Assembly: GCA_963514005.1 (NCBI GenBank)
Contig: OY740810.1
Span: forward strand, 26,598,001 to 26,662,000
DNA from: Raja brachyura
Lineage: Eukaryota
Reading direction: 5' to 3'
DNA: 64,000 nt
Part shown: in pieces, positions 13,020 to 25,314 of the stretch
How the letters are laid out: each line of letters opens with the position of its first letter
How positions within the stretch are numbered: position 1 is the first letter of the stretch
Notes under the pieces: model-generated
What the model was told of the DNA's origin: nothing
The model's input: the letters and a program-made list of their open reading frames with translations, nothing else
Database searches by the model: none
Made by a program: the position numbers and the translations under genes

Positions 13020-13461
13020 TTTTTGTTAATATTTTTTATTAGAAGTAAATACATATTAAGACAATTTAAAATGTGAGAAAAAAAACAAAAGAATATACTA
13101 TTCATCACATACATTCTTAATATTTTTAAAATTTACAGTCATTCTTGTTTGTACTTCTATATGTTTTATTATTTTTAATACAGAAATAAATTAATAGAAA
13201 GAAATAATAAAGGAAATTAAAATAAAAGTAAAAATAGAAAATCAATAATGTGAGTGGAGTTTTAAACATTCTATACTTCATTGGAGATATATCAGTGATC
13301 TATTATATATGATTCTTCATCCATTCCTCGTTCAGGTTTCAGTCAGGGCCTCGAACCGAGCCAATTTGTCCCTTTAGATAATCAATAAATGGAGACTATG
13401 TTCCTCTAAACTGGTCTAGCCTGTCCGAGAGGACAAGTCTTAATCTTTCCAAATGAAGTGT
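13020..13461 (-). mobile_element. L1-clade LINE 3' end with 16-bp TSD
   Basis: TSD CGTAAAATATATAGTT at 13004-13019 and 13462-13477; minus strand reads LHLERLRLVLSDRLDQFRGT*SPFIDYL (fish L1 ORF2-like end), AT-rich UTR, AATAAA and A tail. Confidence 0.8.
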
Positions 13462-13477
13462 CGTAAAATATATAGTT

Positions 13478-13892
13478 ACGATAGACACAAAATGCTGGAG
13501 TAACTCAGCGGGATGGGCAGCATCTCTGGATAGAGATCTGGATAGCTCACTTATCCAAAGATGCTGCCGGTCCCGCTGAGTTACTCCAGCATTTTGTGTC
13601 TATCTTTGATGTAAACCAGCATCTGCAGTTCCTTGGCGGGACAGGCAGCATCTCTGGAGAGAAGGAATGGGTGATGTTTTGGGTCAAGACCCTTCTTCAG
13701 ACTGGTCTTAGACTCTCTGGTCTCAGATCCTCAGAGTCTGAAGAAGGGTCTCGTCCCGAAACGTTACCCATTCCTTCTCTCCGGAGATGCTGCCTGTCCC
13801 GTTGAGTTATTCCAACTTTTTGTGTCTATCTTTGGTTTAAACCAGCATCTGTAGTTCCTTCCCACACATTTTGTCTGCAGTTGCTTCCTACA
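13478..13892. mobile_element. Nested fold-back Penelope terminal-repeat elements
   Basis: Several inverted arms; opposed hammerhead-like cores at about 13670-13704 (-) and 13735-13768 (+). Confidence 0.8.
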
Positions 13893-14921
13893 CATAAAAT
13901 ATACAGTTGGTGATTACCGTTCCTTGTATTCCAAAACAATAACTGAAAACGCTGGAAACATTCAGATGGTCACGCAGCATCGTAAGGGAAAATATTCAAG
14001 TTAATGATTCAAGTCTAGGAATCTCCATCAAAGCAAGAAAAGCGAGAGAATGAACGTGTTTTAAGTGCAGAGAGTGAGAGGGGTGGAGACCATCTCTGCC
14101 CACAAGAATCAATACCAGTAATGCACAATATGTATTGTTATCACTGACCTCTGCTCTTTGCACTTAGCTTCCCGTTTGTCACAGGAAACAAGGGACAAAG
14201 AACATTCAGTGGCGTCTCTGCACGCACCATGAAATTGTGTTATTGATCTTTGAGGAACATTTTAGCTGCAGCCAACAGATCGAGTTTAAAAAGACAAGTT
14301 TGCATCGTTACATCCAACACAATGCACCTTTTCCATTGCAAGTTACCTTATTTTGCAATTTTTTCCAAATGGGTGTTTTTTTTATTTTTGGTGATGCATA
14401 GGTTCTGGGGTACAAGTAAATCCACTCCTTAAAGTGGAATAAAGCCACGCAAGACAAATATGTAAAATCTTGCTGATTTTCATGTGGGCGATAAAGAAAT
14501 ACGGTGCGTGTCTGAGAAAAACAGAAGGAGAAGAACGGCCGGGGTTCTTGGTGCTGACTTGGAAGGAAAAGTTGTAGAGTCAAAAACACACAGCACATAA
14601 TCGGGCCATTCAGCCCACCTAGTCTGCGCCGACCATCAATAACCCTACTGCGGTAATTCTACATGAATGTTCCCCTCAACTGCATCCATTTATCATTTGC
14701 CAGGCTTTGTCCACCACACTCCCTCTCTTTTACACCTCCCCCCCCCCCCCCCCCCCCCGCCACTCATATCAATCTGAAATGTCGCATATACATTCCCTGC
14801 ACAGATGCTGACTGGCCTGCCTTTTTGAGGCAATGTCTCCTTTTGATCCTTTCAGTAATGGGGAGGTCAGAACCTGTGAGGGAGAGCTTATTGGAAGGAG
14901 GGGGTGAGACAGAGGAGAACA

Positions 14922-16526
14922 GGCCAGTTCTTTTTTTTAATACAATGTTGAAAAATCTTTCCAAATTAATCTTAACAGCATTGAATCTTAGTCTCATCCT
15001 TTCAGTCATACAACCAAGACAACGACTTGCTAATGCAATTTATTTTGGCCTAGAAAAAAGAACACAGCAAAATTTAGTTTAAAGATACAGCACGGAAACA
15101 GGCCATTTGGCCCACCAAGACCGTGCCGACCAGCGATCCCCACACACTAGCCCTATCTTACACATTAGGGGCAATTTACAATTTTTACCGAAGCCAAATA
15201 ACCTACAAACCTGTACGTCTTTGGAATGTGGAAAGAAACCGGAGCACCCGGGGAAAACCCACGTGATCACGGAGAGAGCGTGCAAACTCCGTACAGACAG
15301 CACCCGTCGCCAGGATTGAACTGGGGTTTCTGGCGCCGTAAGGCAGCAACTCTACCGCTGCGCCACCATAAAAATGAAGTATTTGCAACAAAAAGAGATT
15401 GTGCACCACCATACAATATTACCAAAGGTCTAAAATACAGAGAATTAGTCAAATAGAAAAAAAATCTCTTATATCTTTTAACTTTGAAATGTTTTACTCT
15501 TGCCATTGTATTCCTTATCTGTAAATGAAACAGAATACAGTTAATCTTCTGATTTATGTCTTTACTTGAAGGATTATCTGTACACAAATGCTGTTTTCAG
15601 TGAGGGGTCAAGTGTCCTTTCTCACCCGTCACATTGGACTTGCTGCTGTGGTTAAATAAAGTTCGCTGGCAGAGCTCAGACCCAGGCTTGTACTTTTGAC
15701 CCGAGTTGGTAACCTGAGAAAACAATTTGATTTTCTTCCCCTAACCTTTCACAGGCCCACGCTTTTATTTTATTCCTCTCCAACGGTCTGCTATTGTGTT
15801 AACATGCCTGGAAGAATTTCCACGGTGCATGGCTAACATAATAAAACAGGAATTGGATTTCAAACTTATAGAATGACTCCCCGCTGGAATTCGAATTCAA
15901 GTTCTCTTGGAGGGGCGTGGTAGTTTGTACGGTTTTAAGGGATCTTGCAGGTAAAGTAGCGAGAAAAGACTGCTGGAAGAAAATGAGCTCAGGGGACCTA
16001 GCGTAATTTAAAAGGAGCACGACAAAAGCAAACTCATTTGTTCCCATTCACAAATCTTTTTCAAGATGCTCACACATTTCCTCTCTAAAAATATTTTTTT
16101 ACCCAAGTGGGGCAGTTGCTCAATCAAGCACAATGCTGATTTGTATCCAAAGCTGGCCAGTACATTTTTAAAGTACAACACTGGGAAACCATTTCAAACA
16201 AATCTTAACAGCATTGAATCTTAGTCTCGGCCTTTAGGTGATACACTAGTGCAACTTACTAATGCAACGTTTTTTTTCGGTCTGGATACATCCAAATGGA
16301 AGAATCAAAATAATATATTTGCAACAAAAATAGATTGTTCTCCACTATACAATATTACCATAGGGCTAAATCACAGAGAATGAATCAAAGTGAGAAAAAA
16401 AATCTCTTATACATCCTTTAACTTTGAAATGCTTTGCTCTTGCCATTGTGGTCCATATCTGTAAATGAATGAGAATATAGTTAATCTTCTGATTGACGTC
16501 TTTTACTTGAAGGATTATCTGTACAC
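14922..16526 (+). repeat. Diverged direct duplication of unique DNA (14922-15585 vs 16155-16526)
   Basis: Shared aatcttaacagcattgaatcttagtctc and tttacttgaaggattatctgtacac; SINE only in the first copy. Confidence 0.85.
15075..15368 (-). mobile_element. V-SINE (HE1-like)
   Basis: Reverse complement of the SINE at 2824. Confidence 0.85.
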
Positions 16527-16865
16527 CTATGTGAGTTAAATTGATATTTTTAAGTGGGAAAATGAGTGGGAAAATGTTCAATCAAAATTGTTTGGGCTGA
16601 TTATTCGATGCGTTTGTACAACCTTGGTGGCCATTTTCTAATTATGAATGGACAGGACGAACACAAGCAGGGTCTTTCTTTTTTCCTTTTTTCCTTAAAA
16701 AAAAAGCACTTCTGTGCCACAAATGAATAAAATTCGGCTCTGCAATAATGTGAGATCCTGGTATGTGTCAAGTAGGATTATAAAACACATCTGGGCAAAT
16801 GCCCCATTAAAGGTTGCTGTGGGGGTAATGGAGCAGAATTATATTAATACGTGGGAACTCCTTTG

Positions 16866-17385
16866 ATGGTTCACTGGTTCAATGGTTCAATGATGTTTTT
16901 ATTGTCAAATATGCAAACGCACAATGAAATTCTTCACTTACAATACAGTCCTAGTGAACTATTGCTATACCTAAGCACAATCACCGATTAGCAAAGTGTA
17001 CCGAAATAGCCCACTGAGCCCCGCATGCAAGAGGCGCCATGTTTGACGCCATTTTCAAAGACCAGTCCACGCTCCAGGTCTCATGAGCGTTGCCCTATCC
17101 AGGCAAGCCCCAGGCTGCTACAGGGCCTCCAGCCGTCACCTTCCTTGGACGTCTGGATCGTCCAGCGTACCGACGCCCCTCTCCTCGCCCGTCCACCTTT
17201 GTGCCCCGGGGGTGCCTCCTGCAGCTGGCCTTGAGGGAGCGGTAAGCCAGACCGCCGGTTCATTCACCTTCCGGACTTGCTTCTCGCCCAACACGTCTGT
17301 CGTCGCTGCCGGCTCCATCCTCCCGGTCTCTGGTCTTCAGGCGATGAGGAAGGGCCGTTTCTGGAAAAGAGTGTGACAACGTACC
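16866..17385 (-). mobile_element. GC-rich non-autonomous retroposon with LINE-type tail (unclassified)
   Basis: (TTGAACCA)n tail, gacaataaa and gaatttca 3' motifs like Rex tails, CpG-rich body. Confidence 0.45.
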
Positions 17386-17756
17386 TCAGACAGGTGCTAA
17401 ATAAGGACCTGCCCCCTTCCTGATAGGAAACAGACATGTTGTGCAGTGGGGGAAAGGGGGGGGGGAGGGGGCTGGTTGTATAACATACGTTACTGGAATG
17501 GACGGTAAAGATGGAGATATTAAAATCAACAAGTTAGTCGTGCAGTTCAGTGATGTAGGGAAATCATCAACACCTGAAAGATGTATTAAATATGTCATAT
17601 TTTGTGGTGGCAAAGTCCAAATAAAAAGAAAGAACTATGACCCTATAGATATTTGCAGGGAATGAAGAGACATGGGATGAGATGCAGGCTGAGGAGGTTA
17701 GTTTAACTTGGGATCATACTGTTTCTGCACTGTAGCTCTAAACTAAACTGAACTAA

Positions 17757-18457
17757 AGATGGCTGTGGAGGCAAAGTCAATGAATATTTTTAAGGCCGAG
17801 ATTGATAGATTCTGGATTAGCACGGGCATCAGGGTTATGGGGAGAAGGCAGGAGAATGGGGTTGAGGGGGAAAGTTAGATCAGCCATAATTGAATGACGG
17901 AGTAGACTTGATGGGCCGAACGGCCTAATTCTGCTCCTATAACTTGTGAACTTATGAACCTCCGCAAATGGAAACACTGTCTTTATGTTTACCCAGTCAA
18001 ATTCTTTGATTGTTCTCACTGGTGAAATCCTGATGAAATCCTGGTATTCCCAGTGCGGGAGGATCTTATAGAAACTTACAAGATTCTTAAGGGGTTGGAC
18101 AGGCTAGATGCAGAAAGATTGTTCCCGATGTTGGGGAGGTCCAGGACAAGGGGTCACAGCTTAAGGATAAGGGGGAAATCCTTTAGGACCGAGATGAGAA
18201 GACATTTTTTCACACGGAGAGTGGTGGGTCTCTGGAACTCTCTGCCACAGAGGGTAGTTGAGGCCAGTTCATTGGCTATATTTAAGAGGGAGTTAGATGT
18301 GGCCCTTGTGCCTAAAGGGATCAGGGGGTATGGAGAGAAGGCAGGTACAGGATACTGAGTTGGATGATCAGCCATGATCATATTGAATGGCGGTGCAGGC
18401 TCGAAAGGCCGAATGGCCTACTCCTGCACCTAATTTCTATGTTTCTATGTTTCTATG
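17757..18457 (+). mobile_element. Two CR1 3' fragments (17757-17960; 18054-18457 young subfamily)
   Basis: ORF 18053-18358 is the CR1 C-terminus; (TATGTTTC)n tail. Confidence 0.9.
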
Positions 18458-19119
18458 GGAGTAGATTCGGTACACTCACTGCAGCGGTTCAAAAAGGCTG
18501 CTTAACAAATCAACAATAGTTCTCTCTTTTCCAGAGGAGGCAGTTTCAGCCAGATTTATCTTCCCTGATAGGTATAAATGACTCATTGTGATGTTGGCCC
18601 TGTGTCTGTCTTTTCAGCTGAACTATTTGTAACATTGCTGCCCTTCATTGTGTTTGGGATGGTTCTCTGATTGAGTTTGTATTGATCTAGTACCCTGGCA
18701 AAACTGCAACAAATGGATTCATTTGATCCCTCGATTTTGCCTGGGTTCCAATGAAGGGAGGTGGCAGAATGTGGGAGTGGGAGTGTTGGGAGGATATTCT
18801 TCTTGGCCTCTGCTTCGGTGATGTTTGGTGGAAGCAGTAAATAAGTGTGGTAATCAGATAAAGACAGAATTTGCCACCCTTTGGCTGTGATATAACTCAC
18901 TATCTTGGTTCCAGTAAGGACATTAGGAGTCTGAGACTGCCTGAAGCATGTGTCATCACTTTCACGAAAGAAAAGGGAAAAAAATATATAGCCTGATTTG
19001 TTTCTTTTACAGACACGTCAGGCCATTTTTTTTTGCCTGCCTTCCTGCCCAGCCTCCAACCTAATCCATTGTCAAAGGTTAAAGTTCCACAAACGAAACT
19101 GAATAGGTTTATTTCAATG

Positions 19120-19644
19120 GTACACAAAATGCTGTAGAAACTCAGCGGGTGCAGCAGCATCTATGGAGCGAAGGAGATAGGTAACGTTTCGGGCCGAAAC
19201 CCTTCTTCAGACTGATAGGGGGTGGGGGGAGGCGGAGGGAAGAAAAGAAAAAAGAGGAGGAGGAGCCTGAGGGCTGAGGGAGAGGTGGGAAGGGGAGGAG
19301 ACAGCAAGTGTCAACAGAATTGAGAGAATTCAATGTTCATGCCAAGAGGATGCAGACTCCCCAAGCGGAATATGAGGTGCTGTTCCTCCAATTTGCGGTG
19401 TTGCTCACTCTGGCCACGGAGGAGGCCCAGGACAGAGAGGTCGGATACGGAATGGGAGGGGGAGTTGAAGTGCTGAGCCACCGGGAGGTCGGGTTGGTTA
19501 TTGCGGACCGAGCGGAGGTGTTCGGCGAAACGATCGCCAAGCCTCCACTTGGTCTCACCGATATAGATCAGCTGGCATCTGGAGCAGCAGATGCAATAGA
19601 TGAGGTTGGAGGAGGTGCAGGTGAACCTCTGTCGAGATGAGGTT
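19120..19644 (-). mobile_element. 5'-truncated Penelope-like element with 13-bp TSD
   Basis: TSD GTTTATTTCAATG at 19107-19119 and 19645-19657; highly similar to 10670-11190; GIY-YIG C-terminal half; hammerhead-like motif 19180-19214. Confidence 0.88.
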
Positions 19645-19679
19645 GTTTATTTCAATGATGTTACATGAAGTGTGAAACT

Positions 19680-19970
19680 GAGACGTAGCAGTAGAGTTGC
19701 TGTCTCACAGTTCCAGAGACCCAGGTTCGATCCTGACTACGGGTGCTCTCTGTGTGAGGTTTGTACGTTACCCCTGTGACCGCGTGGGTTTCCTCAGGGT
19801 GCTCCGGTATACTCTCACATTCCGAAGACGTACAGGTTTTCAGGTCAATTAGTTTCTGTAGATTGCCCCTGGTATGTAGGACATAGAACAAGTGTGCGGA
19901 TGATCGCTGGTCAGCACGGACTCGGTGGGCCGAAGGGCCTGTTTCCATGCTGTATCTCTAAACAAAACTC
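19680..19970 (+). mobile_element. V-SINE (HE1-like)
   Basis: B-box ggttcgatcc, V domain, CR1-like tail. Confidence 0.85.
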
Positions 19971-20092
19971 AAAACAAAAGTGTAGAGGCACTAGCATATT
20001 TAGAGTACAGAAGAGTCTTGTATGGGATGAAGCAAAACTCAACTTGTTTGGACCAAGGCTTAAAATTAAAAATCCATTGGGCTGAAATGGAG

Positions 20093-20209
20093 TGAGAGAG
20101 AGAGAAGGAGGGAGAGAGAGAGAGAGGGGGGGGGGGGTGGGAGACAGAGAGTGAGAGGGAGATGGAGAGAGAGACTGAGAGAGAGAGACAGAGAGAGAGA
20201 CAGAGAGAG

Positions 20210-20242
<33 letters not shown>

Positions 20243-20437
20243 TGGTGAGGGGGGAGAGATGCAGGGTGGAGAGATGGAGGGGGAGAGAGAGGGAGGGGGA
20301 GAGAGAGGGAGGGGGAGAAAGGGAGGGGGAGAGAGGGATGGGGGAGGGAGGGAGAGAGGGAGGGAGGGAGAGAGGGAGGGAGGGAGAGAGGGAGGGAGAG
20401 AGAGGGAGGGGGAAATATATGGAGGGGGAGAGAGAGG
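20093..20437. repeat. GA-rich polypurine low-complexity tract
   Basis: (GA)n, (GAGAGAGAGACA)n and (GGGA)n runs. Confidence 0.95.
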
Positions 20438-20568
20438 AGGCTTTGACGGGGCCCAATCTCTCCAACAAGAAGCACTACTAGCTGGAAGTGGTAATGGCCC
20501 AAGGTCTCAAGGAATTTCTGCTAAAAAACATAACAGTCCACACTGACCATTAATCGCCTGTTTATATT

Positions 20569-21150
20569 AGAAACATAGAAAATAGGTGCAGGAGGAGGCC
20601 ATTTGGCCCTTCGAGCCAGCACCGCCATTCATTGTGATCATGGCTAATTGTCCGCTATCAATAACCCGTGCCTGCCTTCTCCTCATATCCCTTGACTCCA
20701 CTAGCCCCTAGAGCACTATCCAACTCTCTCTTAAATCCATCCAGTGATTTGGCCTCCACTGCCCTCTGTGGCAGGGAATTCCATAAATTCACAACTCTCC
20801 GGGTGAAAAAGTGTTTTCTCAGCTCCGTCTTAAATGACCTCCCTTTTATTCTAAGACTGTGGCCCCTGGTTCTGGACTCGCCCAACATTGGGAGCAATTT
20901 TCCTGCATCTAGCTTGTCCAGTCCTTTTATAATTGTTTATGTTTCTATAAGATCCCCCTCATCCTTCTAAACTCCAGTGAATACAAGCTTTTCAATCTTT
21001 CCTCATATGACAGTCCCGCCATCCCAGGGATGAATCTCGTGAACCTGCCTCAATGACAAGGATGCCCTTCCTCAAATTAGGAGACCAAAACTGTACACAA
21101 TACTCCAGATGTGGTCTCACCAGAGCCCTATACAAATGCAGAAGAACCTC
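20569..21150 (-). mobile_element. CR1 3' fragment
   Basis: ORF 20658-20897 ESRTRGHSLRIKG...RRVVNLWNSLP. Confidence 0.9.
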
Positions 21151-21164
21151 TTTTTACTCCTTTA

Positions 21165-21390
21165 ATTCGATGCTATCCCACTTTTTCATTTATTCCCTGC
21201 ACATTTGGGGCAATTTGCAGTTTAATAAAGCTGCAAACCCACACATCTCTGGGACGTGGAAGGATACCGGAGCAGCCGGAGGAAACAGGGAGAATGTGCA
21301 AACTCCACAGAAACAGCACCCAAGGTCAGGGTTGAACCCAGGTCTCTGGTGATGTGAGGCAGCTGCTCTACCTGGCGCGCCACTGTGCCA
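21165..21390 (-). mobile_element. Diverged V-SINE
   Basis: tRNA head and V domain on the minus strand. Confidence 0.7.
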
Positions 21391-21543
21391 CCTGAGTTGG
21401 TGGGAGTACGATAGATTGGAATATGCACAACCCACTGACCAATTTTAAGGTCATAAGATCATAAGGAATAGTAGAATTACGCCATTTGGCCCATCAAGTC
21501 TATTCCACCATTCAATCATGACCAATCTATCTCTCCCTCCTAA

Positions 21544-22562
21544 AGGGGCTGTCCCACTGCGGCGACCTAATCCGCGAGTTAAGAAGATTGTCTTCGACCT
21601 TCAATCTTGAGGGCACTCACCTGGAAAACCTCGAGCTGGATCGACCGTCCGCGATGAAACTGTGAGCNNNNNNNNNNNNNNNNNNNNNNNNNNNNNNNNN
21701 NNNNNNNNNNNNNNNNNNNNNNNNNNNNNNNNNNNNNNNNNNNNNNNNNNNNNNNNNNNNNNNNNNNNNNNNNNNNNNNNNNNNNNNNNNNNNNNNNNNN
21801 NNNNNNNNNNNNNNNNNNNNNNNNNNNNNNNNNNNNNNNNNNNNNNNNNNNNNNNNNNNNNNNNNNNNNNNNNNNNNNNNNNNNNNNNNNNNNNNNNNNN
21901 NNNNNNNNNNNNNNNNNNNNNNNNNNNNNNNNNNNNNNNNNNNNNGGAAAGTGGGGGAGCACTGTCTGAAATTCACACCCACGATGAAGAGGACGGTAAA
22001 TGACGGCTGCCACAGTGTGCGGTAAGTCCTTTAGAGAGCACGGAAGGGGGGGGGGGGGGTGGGGGGGAGAGATTGGGAGAGAGGGGGAGAGAAGGAGAGA
22101 GAAGGAGAGAGAAGGGGAGAGAAGGGGGGGAGAAGAAGTGGAGACATTTTTAAGAAGCCAGACAACTTATGATAACGTTTAGCGGGCATGTCACCTATCG
22201 GTTGGTTTTCCCTGATCCTGAAAACTCCAATGAGCCAATCAAAGTGCCCGGTCAGTGAAGGAAATTGCCTACGGCTGCCCTCGACTGCCGTTAACTAAAT
22301 AGTGACCACACTCCACTGCACTACGAGTTAAAAAGAATCATGCCGACCAAATGTTACTCACGGAAAATTTATCAACATGCTGAAAAATGTTCCGCGACCT
22401 AGCTGAGGCCGCGAGTATGCGGGAACTTCCCTCGAGCATGAAGGAGAGTTCCAGTGACCTCATTGGACCTCTTAGGACCTCGTGTCGACCATGCTGCGAG
22501 TTTGAGTCAAGGGCAAACTCTTCTAAATTCGCAGATTAGGTCTCCGCAGCAGGACAGCCCCT
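21544..22562. mobile_element. PIF/Harbinger-type MITE, family A long form, inserted in a CR1 tail
   Basis: Perfect TAA TSD (21541-21543, 22563-22565); TIR AGGGGCTGTCC...GGACAGCCCCT; removing it restores ctccctcctaaccccattctcc. Confidence 0.88.
21668..21945. other. Assembly gap
   Basis: Run of N. Confidence 0.99.
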
Positions 22563-22978
22563 TAACCCCATTCTCCTGCCTTCTCCCCATACCCTCTAAC
22601 ACCTATACTAATCAAGAATTTCCATACAGTTCTTGCTGTAAACCATCTCGTTCCAGGGAGAGGCTCACAGGCTCGAATTCCGTGTTCCACAGAATCCCAG
22701 ATTACTCCAAGGGTCGAGTAAATAAGAGTGTAGCCAAAATCCAATAACATTCAGCTCTCTTTTACTAAAAATGTTCATACATTTGTCACTTGCATTTGTT
22801 GGTGAACAATGGTGTGCTGTGTTGTTACTGTATAAATACATATATCAAAAATAAATAAATCTGCATTTCTTGCTAACATTTTGTTTTATCTTATGAAAAT
22901 CCAACAATAATAGTGTGATTATGTCGATAGACACAGTTTGTAATCATAATGTACTTACACTTCAGTCTTTATAAATGT

Positions 22979-23113
22979 CAGTCTGAAGAAGGGTTTCGAC
23001 AAGAAACATCACCCATTCCTTCTCTCCAGAGATGCTGCCTGTCTCGCTCAGTTACTCCAGCTTTTTGTGTCTATCTTCGGTTTAAACCAGCATCTGCAGT
23101 TCCTTGCTGCACA
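22979..23113 (+). mobile_element. Solo Penelope terminal repeat with hammerhead-like motif
   Basis: cagtctgaagaagggtttcgacaagaaacatcacc...aaaccagcatctgcagttcctt. Confidence 0.75.
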
Positions 23114-25014
23114 TTTCATAAATTTAACCTTGTTTTTTGCCAGCTGTTGATCAAATCTGATAAAGAGAAATCAAGCAGCAAATTAAAGATGGATAAAAGG
23201 TTTATATATTTTTGAAGTAATATACAAAATATTCAAAGATTCCCCTTTTGCCCTGCCCGCAGTACTACTTACTATTTAATGATTGGAATGAAGTAGCGAA
23301 GGGTGTTACTGATAACAACCACATCAAACAAGTGTATTCAGTCGGCTACTGTGGCTAGCTTTTGCAGTGACCCGCAGTAAATGACTTTTTCTAACGGCCC
23401 TGGACTCAAGTCATAAATGTCATGTTTCAAATATATCACCAATGATGGGAGAAAGTGAGACACCACTACTACCCTCAGGGAACGGATCCAATTAACATGA
23501 GGTGCTAATTGAAAACATAGGATGGGTCATGAAAAGGGAAAAAAAAACAAGCAAAACTGTTGGGAACCCTGAACATAAACTGGTCAAGATTCCAGAGTCC
23601 TTTTGTAAACGTGTTACTGTGCCATCATTCAAGCCTGTCTTCAGGAATTATTGTCCGTTTCCGTCACCTAGAAGTCAAAGTTCAACAATTTTAGCAGAAG
23701 TGCAGAAAGATGTCCACTATAAGAAGACAGGTCATTCCTTTTACTTTACCATAACATAGTGACCTTGAAACAGAAGGAATTCATTTTTAAATCCTTAGAA
23801 AGGTAATTAACATACTCGTGGATCAGAGATGAAACAAGCGGAGTTTTTCAAAGATAAACAAAGAATTTTATTATCTGAAATACCTGTTGAGTGAATATTT
23901 CTGTAAAGTGAGCAAACTTGATTTGCTCTTTCCAATTGTAGTTTATTTGGTTAAAATTACTTTATTTAACTTTTTTTCCTGGAACAAACCAAGGAACAAA
24001 TTATTGAGTTATGTTTGTGCAAAGTAACTGTCTTTGAGTTTGTCATTAAGGACTGATAATTTAACAATGCCTTTCAATTGAGATACATTGGTTTTGTTTT
24101 TTTAATTTAAGCCGGCCCTTACTTTTGAAACAGTTCAATATCTGCTGAACGTTAAAAAAAAAATCACCACAAACAATGTTTAGACCAATTTATTCTTGTG
24201 CCAGCTTTTCTTCAACACTGACCATAAAGTTTTGACTTTAAGCAGACAGTAATTCCTCTTTTACACTGGCCGTAAGAGCACTTTGACAAGCCGAATGAAG
24301 CACTGAGCACATAAATTCCATTTCCTGCCTGTTTTACACTACCTTTAAGGACCTGAGGCAAGGCTCTGAAAAAGCTTCAGTATTTATCATTAAATCCTTC
24401 AGCACTTAATTTTACATGGAACTTCTTAACTATTCAATTTTGAAATAATCATTGGTAGTTTCATAAATCATTATTCTTCGCTTTTAACAAAGTTTTTGAC
24501 TGCGATTGAATACATTGATTTGGAGAAAGATTTTAATTAACTTTTTAAACATAAAATTCAACTACATATGACTGTTATTAATGCCAGGAGCTATGAACTG
24601 CATCTAAAACTTGGTTATATGTACACTTAAACATATCAGTATTGTTATGCCGTGCATCAGTTTTTACTTCATTCAGGTACAAGTGCTGCACTTCATGGTT
24701 TATACCATGAATTTATTTTACATTGCCGTCTGTTGGGCAGGCATCTGGTGACAGACCCTTACGATAATTACTCAAACTTATTCCCCACTCCTGCATTATA
24801 TTTTGTAGGAGTACGGCATCTTTGGCTGTTTAGATAACAATCAACTCGGCAAAGCACTGTTTCTGCTAAAGTGCTGGAACAAAGATTTGGATAATTATTT
24901 GATGCAGCATCAGAGGGGTGCGGTCCTCTCATAGAGGTGCTGCCTTTCAGAGGTGTTAAACCAAAGTCAATGTCTTCCTTCATGTCAGCACTAAAGCTCA
25001 GTTGAATAAAGTAA

Positions 25015-25313
25015 TGGCCCTGTCCCACTGTACGAGTTCATTCAAGTGTTCTCCCGAGTTTAAAAAAAAATCAAAATAAGCATGTAGAACGAATGTAGCG
25101 GTTACGTCGGATCTCGGGGACTTCTCTTAGCGGCTCTTAACGCTAACGGCAGGTACTCGGGAAGTGCGGTAAGCTCAGGAAGAATCGTGAAGATTTTTCA
25201 ACATGTTGAAAAATGGCCACGAGAGCCTCGAGTACCGACGAGCGGCCATTACTGTAAATCTCCGAGTTCGAATCAGGGGAAACACGGGAGAACACTTTGA
25301 ATGGGACAGGGCT
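25015..25313. mobile_element. PIF/Harbinger-type MITE, family B
   Basis: TAA then TGGCCCTGTCCCA...TGGGACAGGGC; body shared with 35428 and 42772. Confidence 0.8.
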
Positions 25314-25314
25314 T

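Noticed and set aside
19911-20546. Ser/Leu/Pro-rich and Arg/Glu/Gly-rich ORFs
   Set aside because: Translations of a GA low-complexity tract
21579-22013. ORFs spanning X runs
   Set aside because: Artefact of the assembly gap
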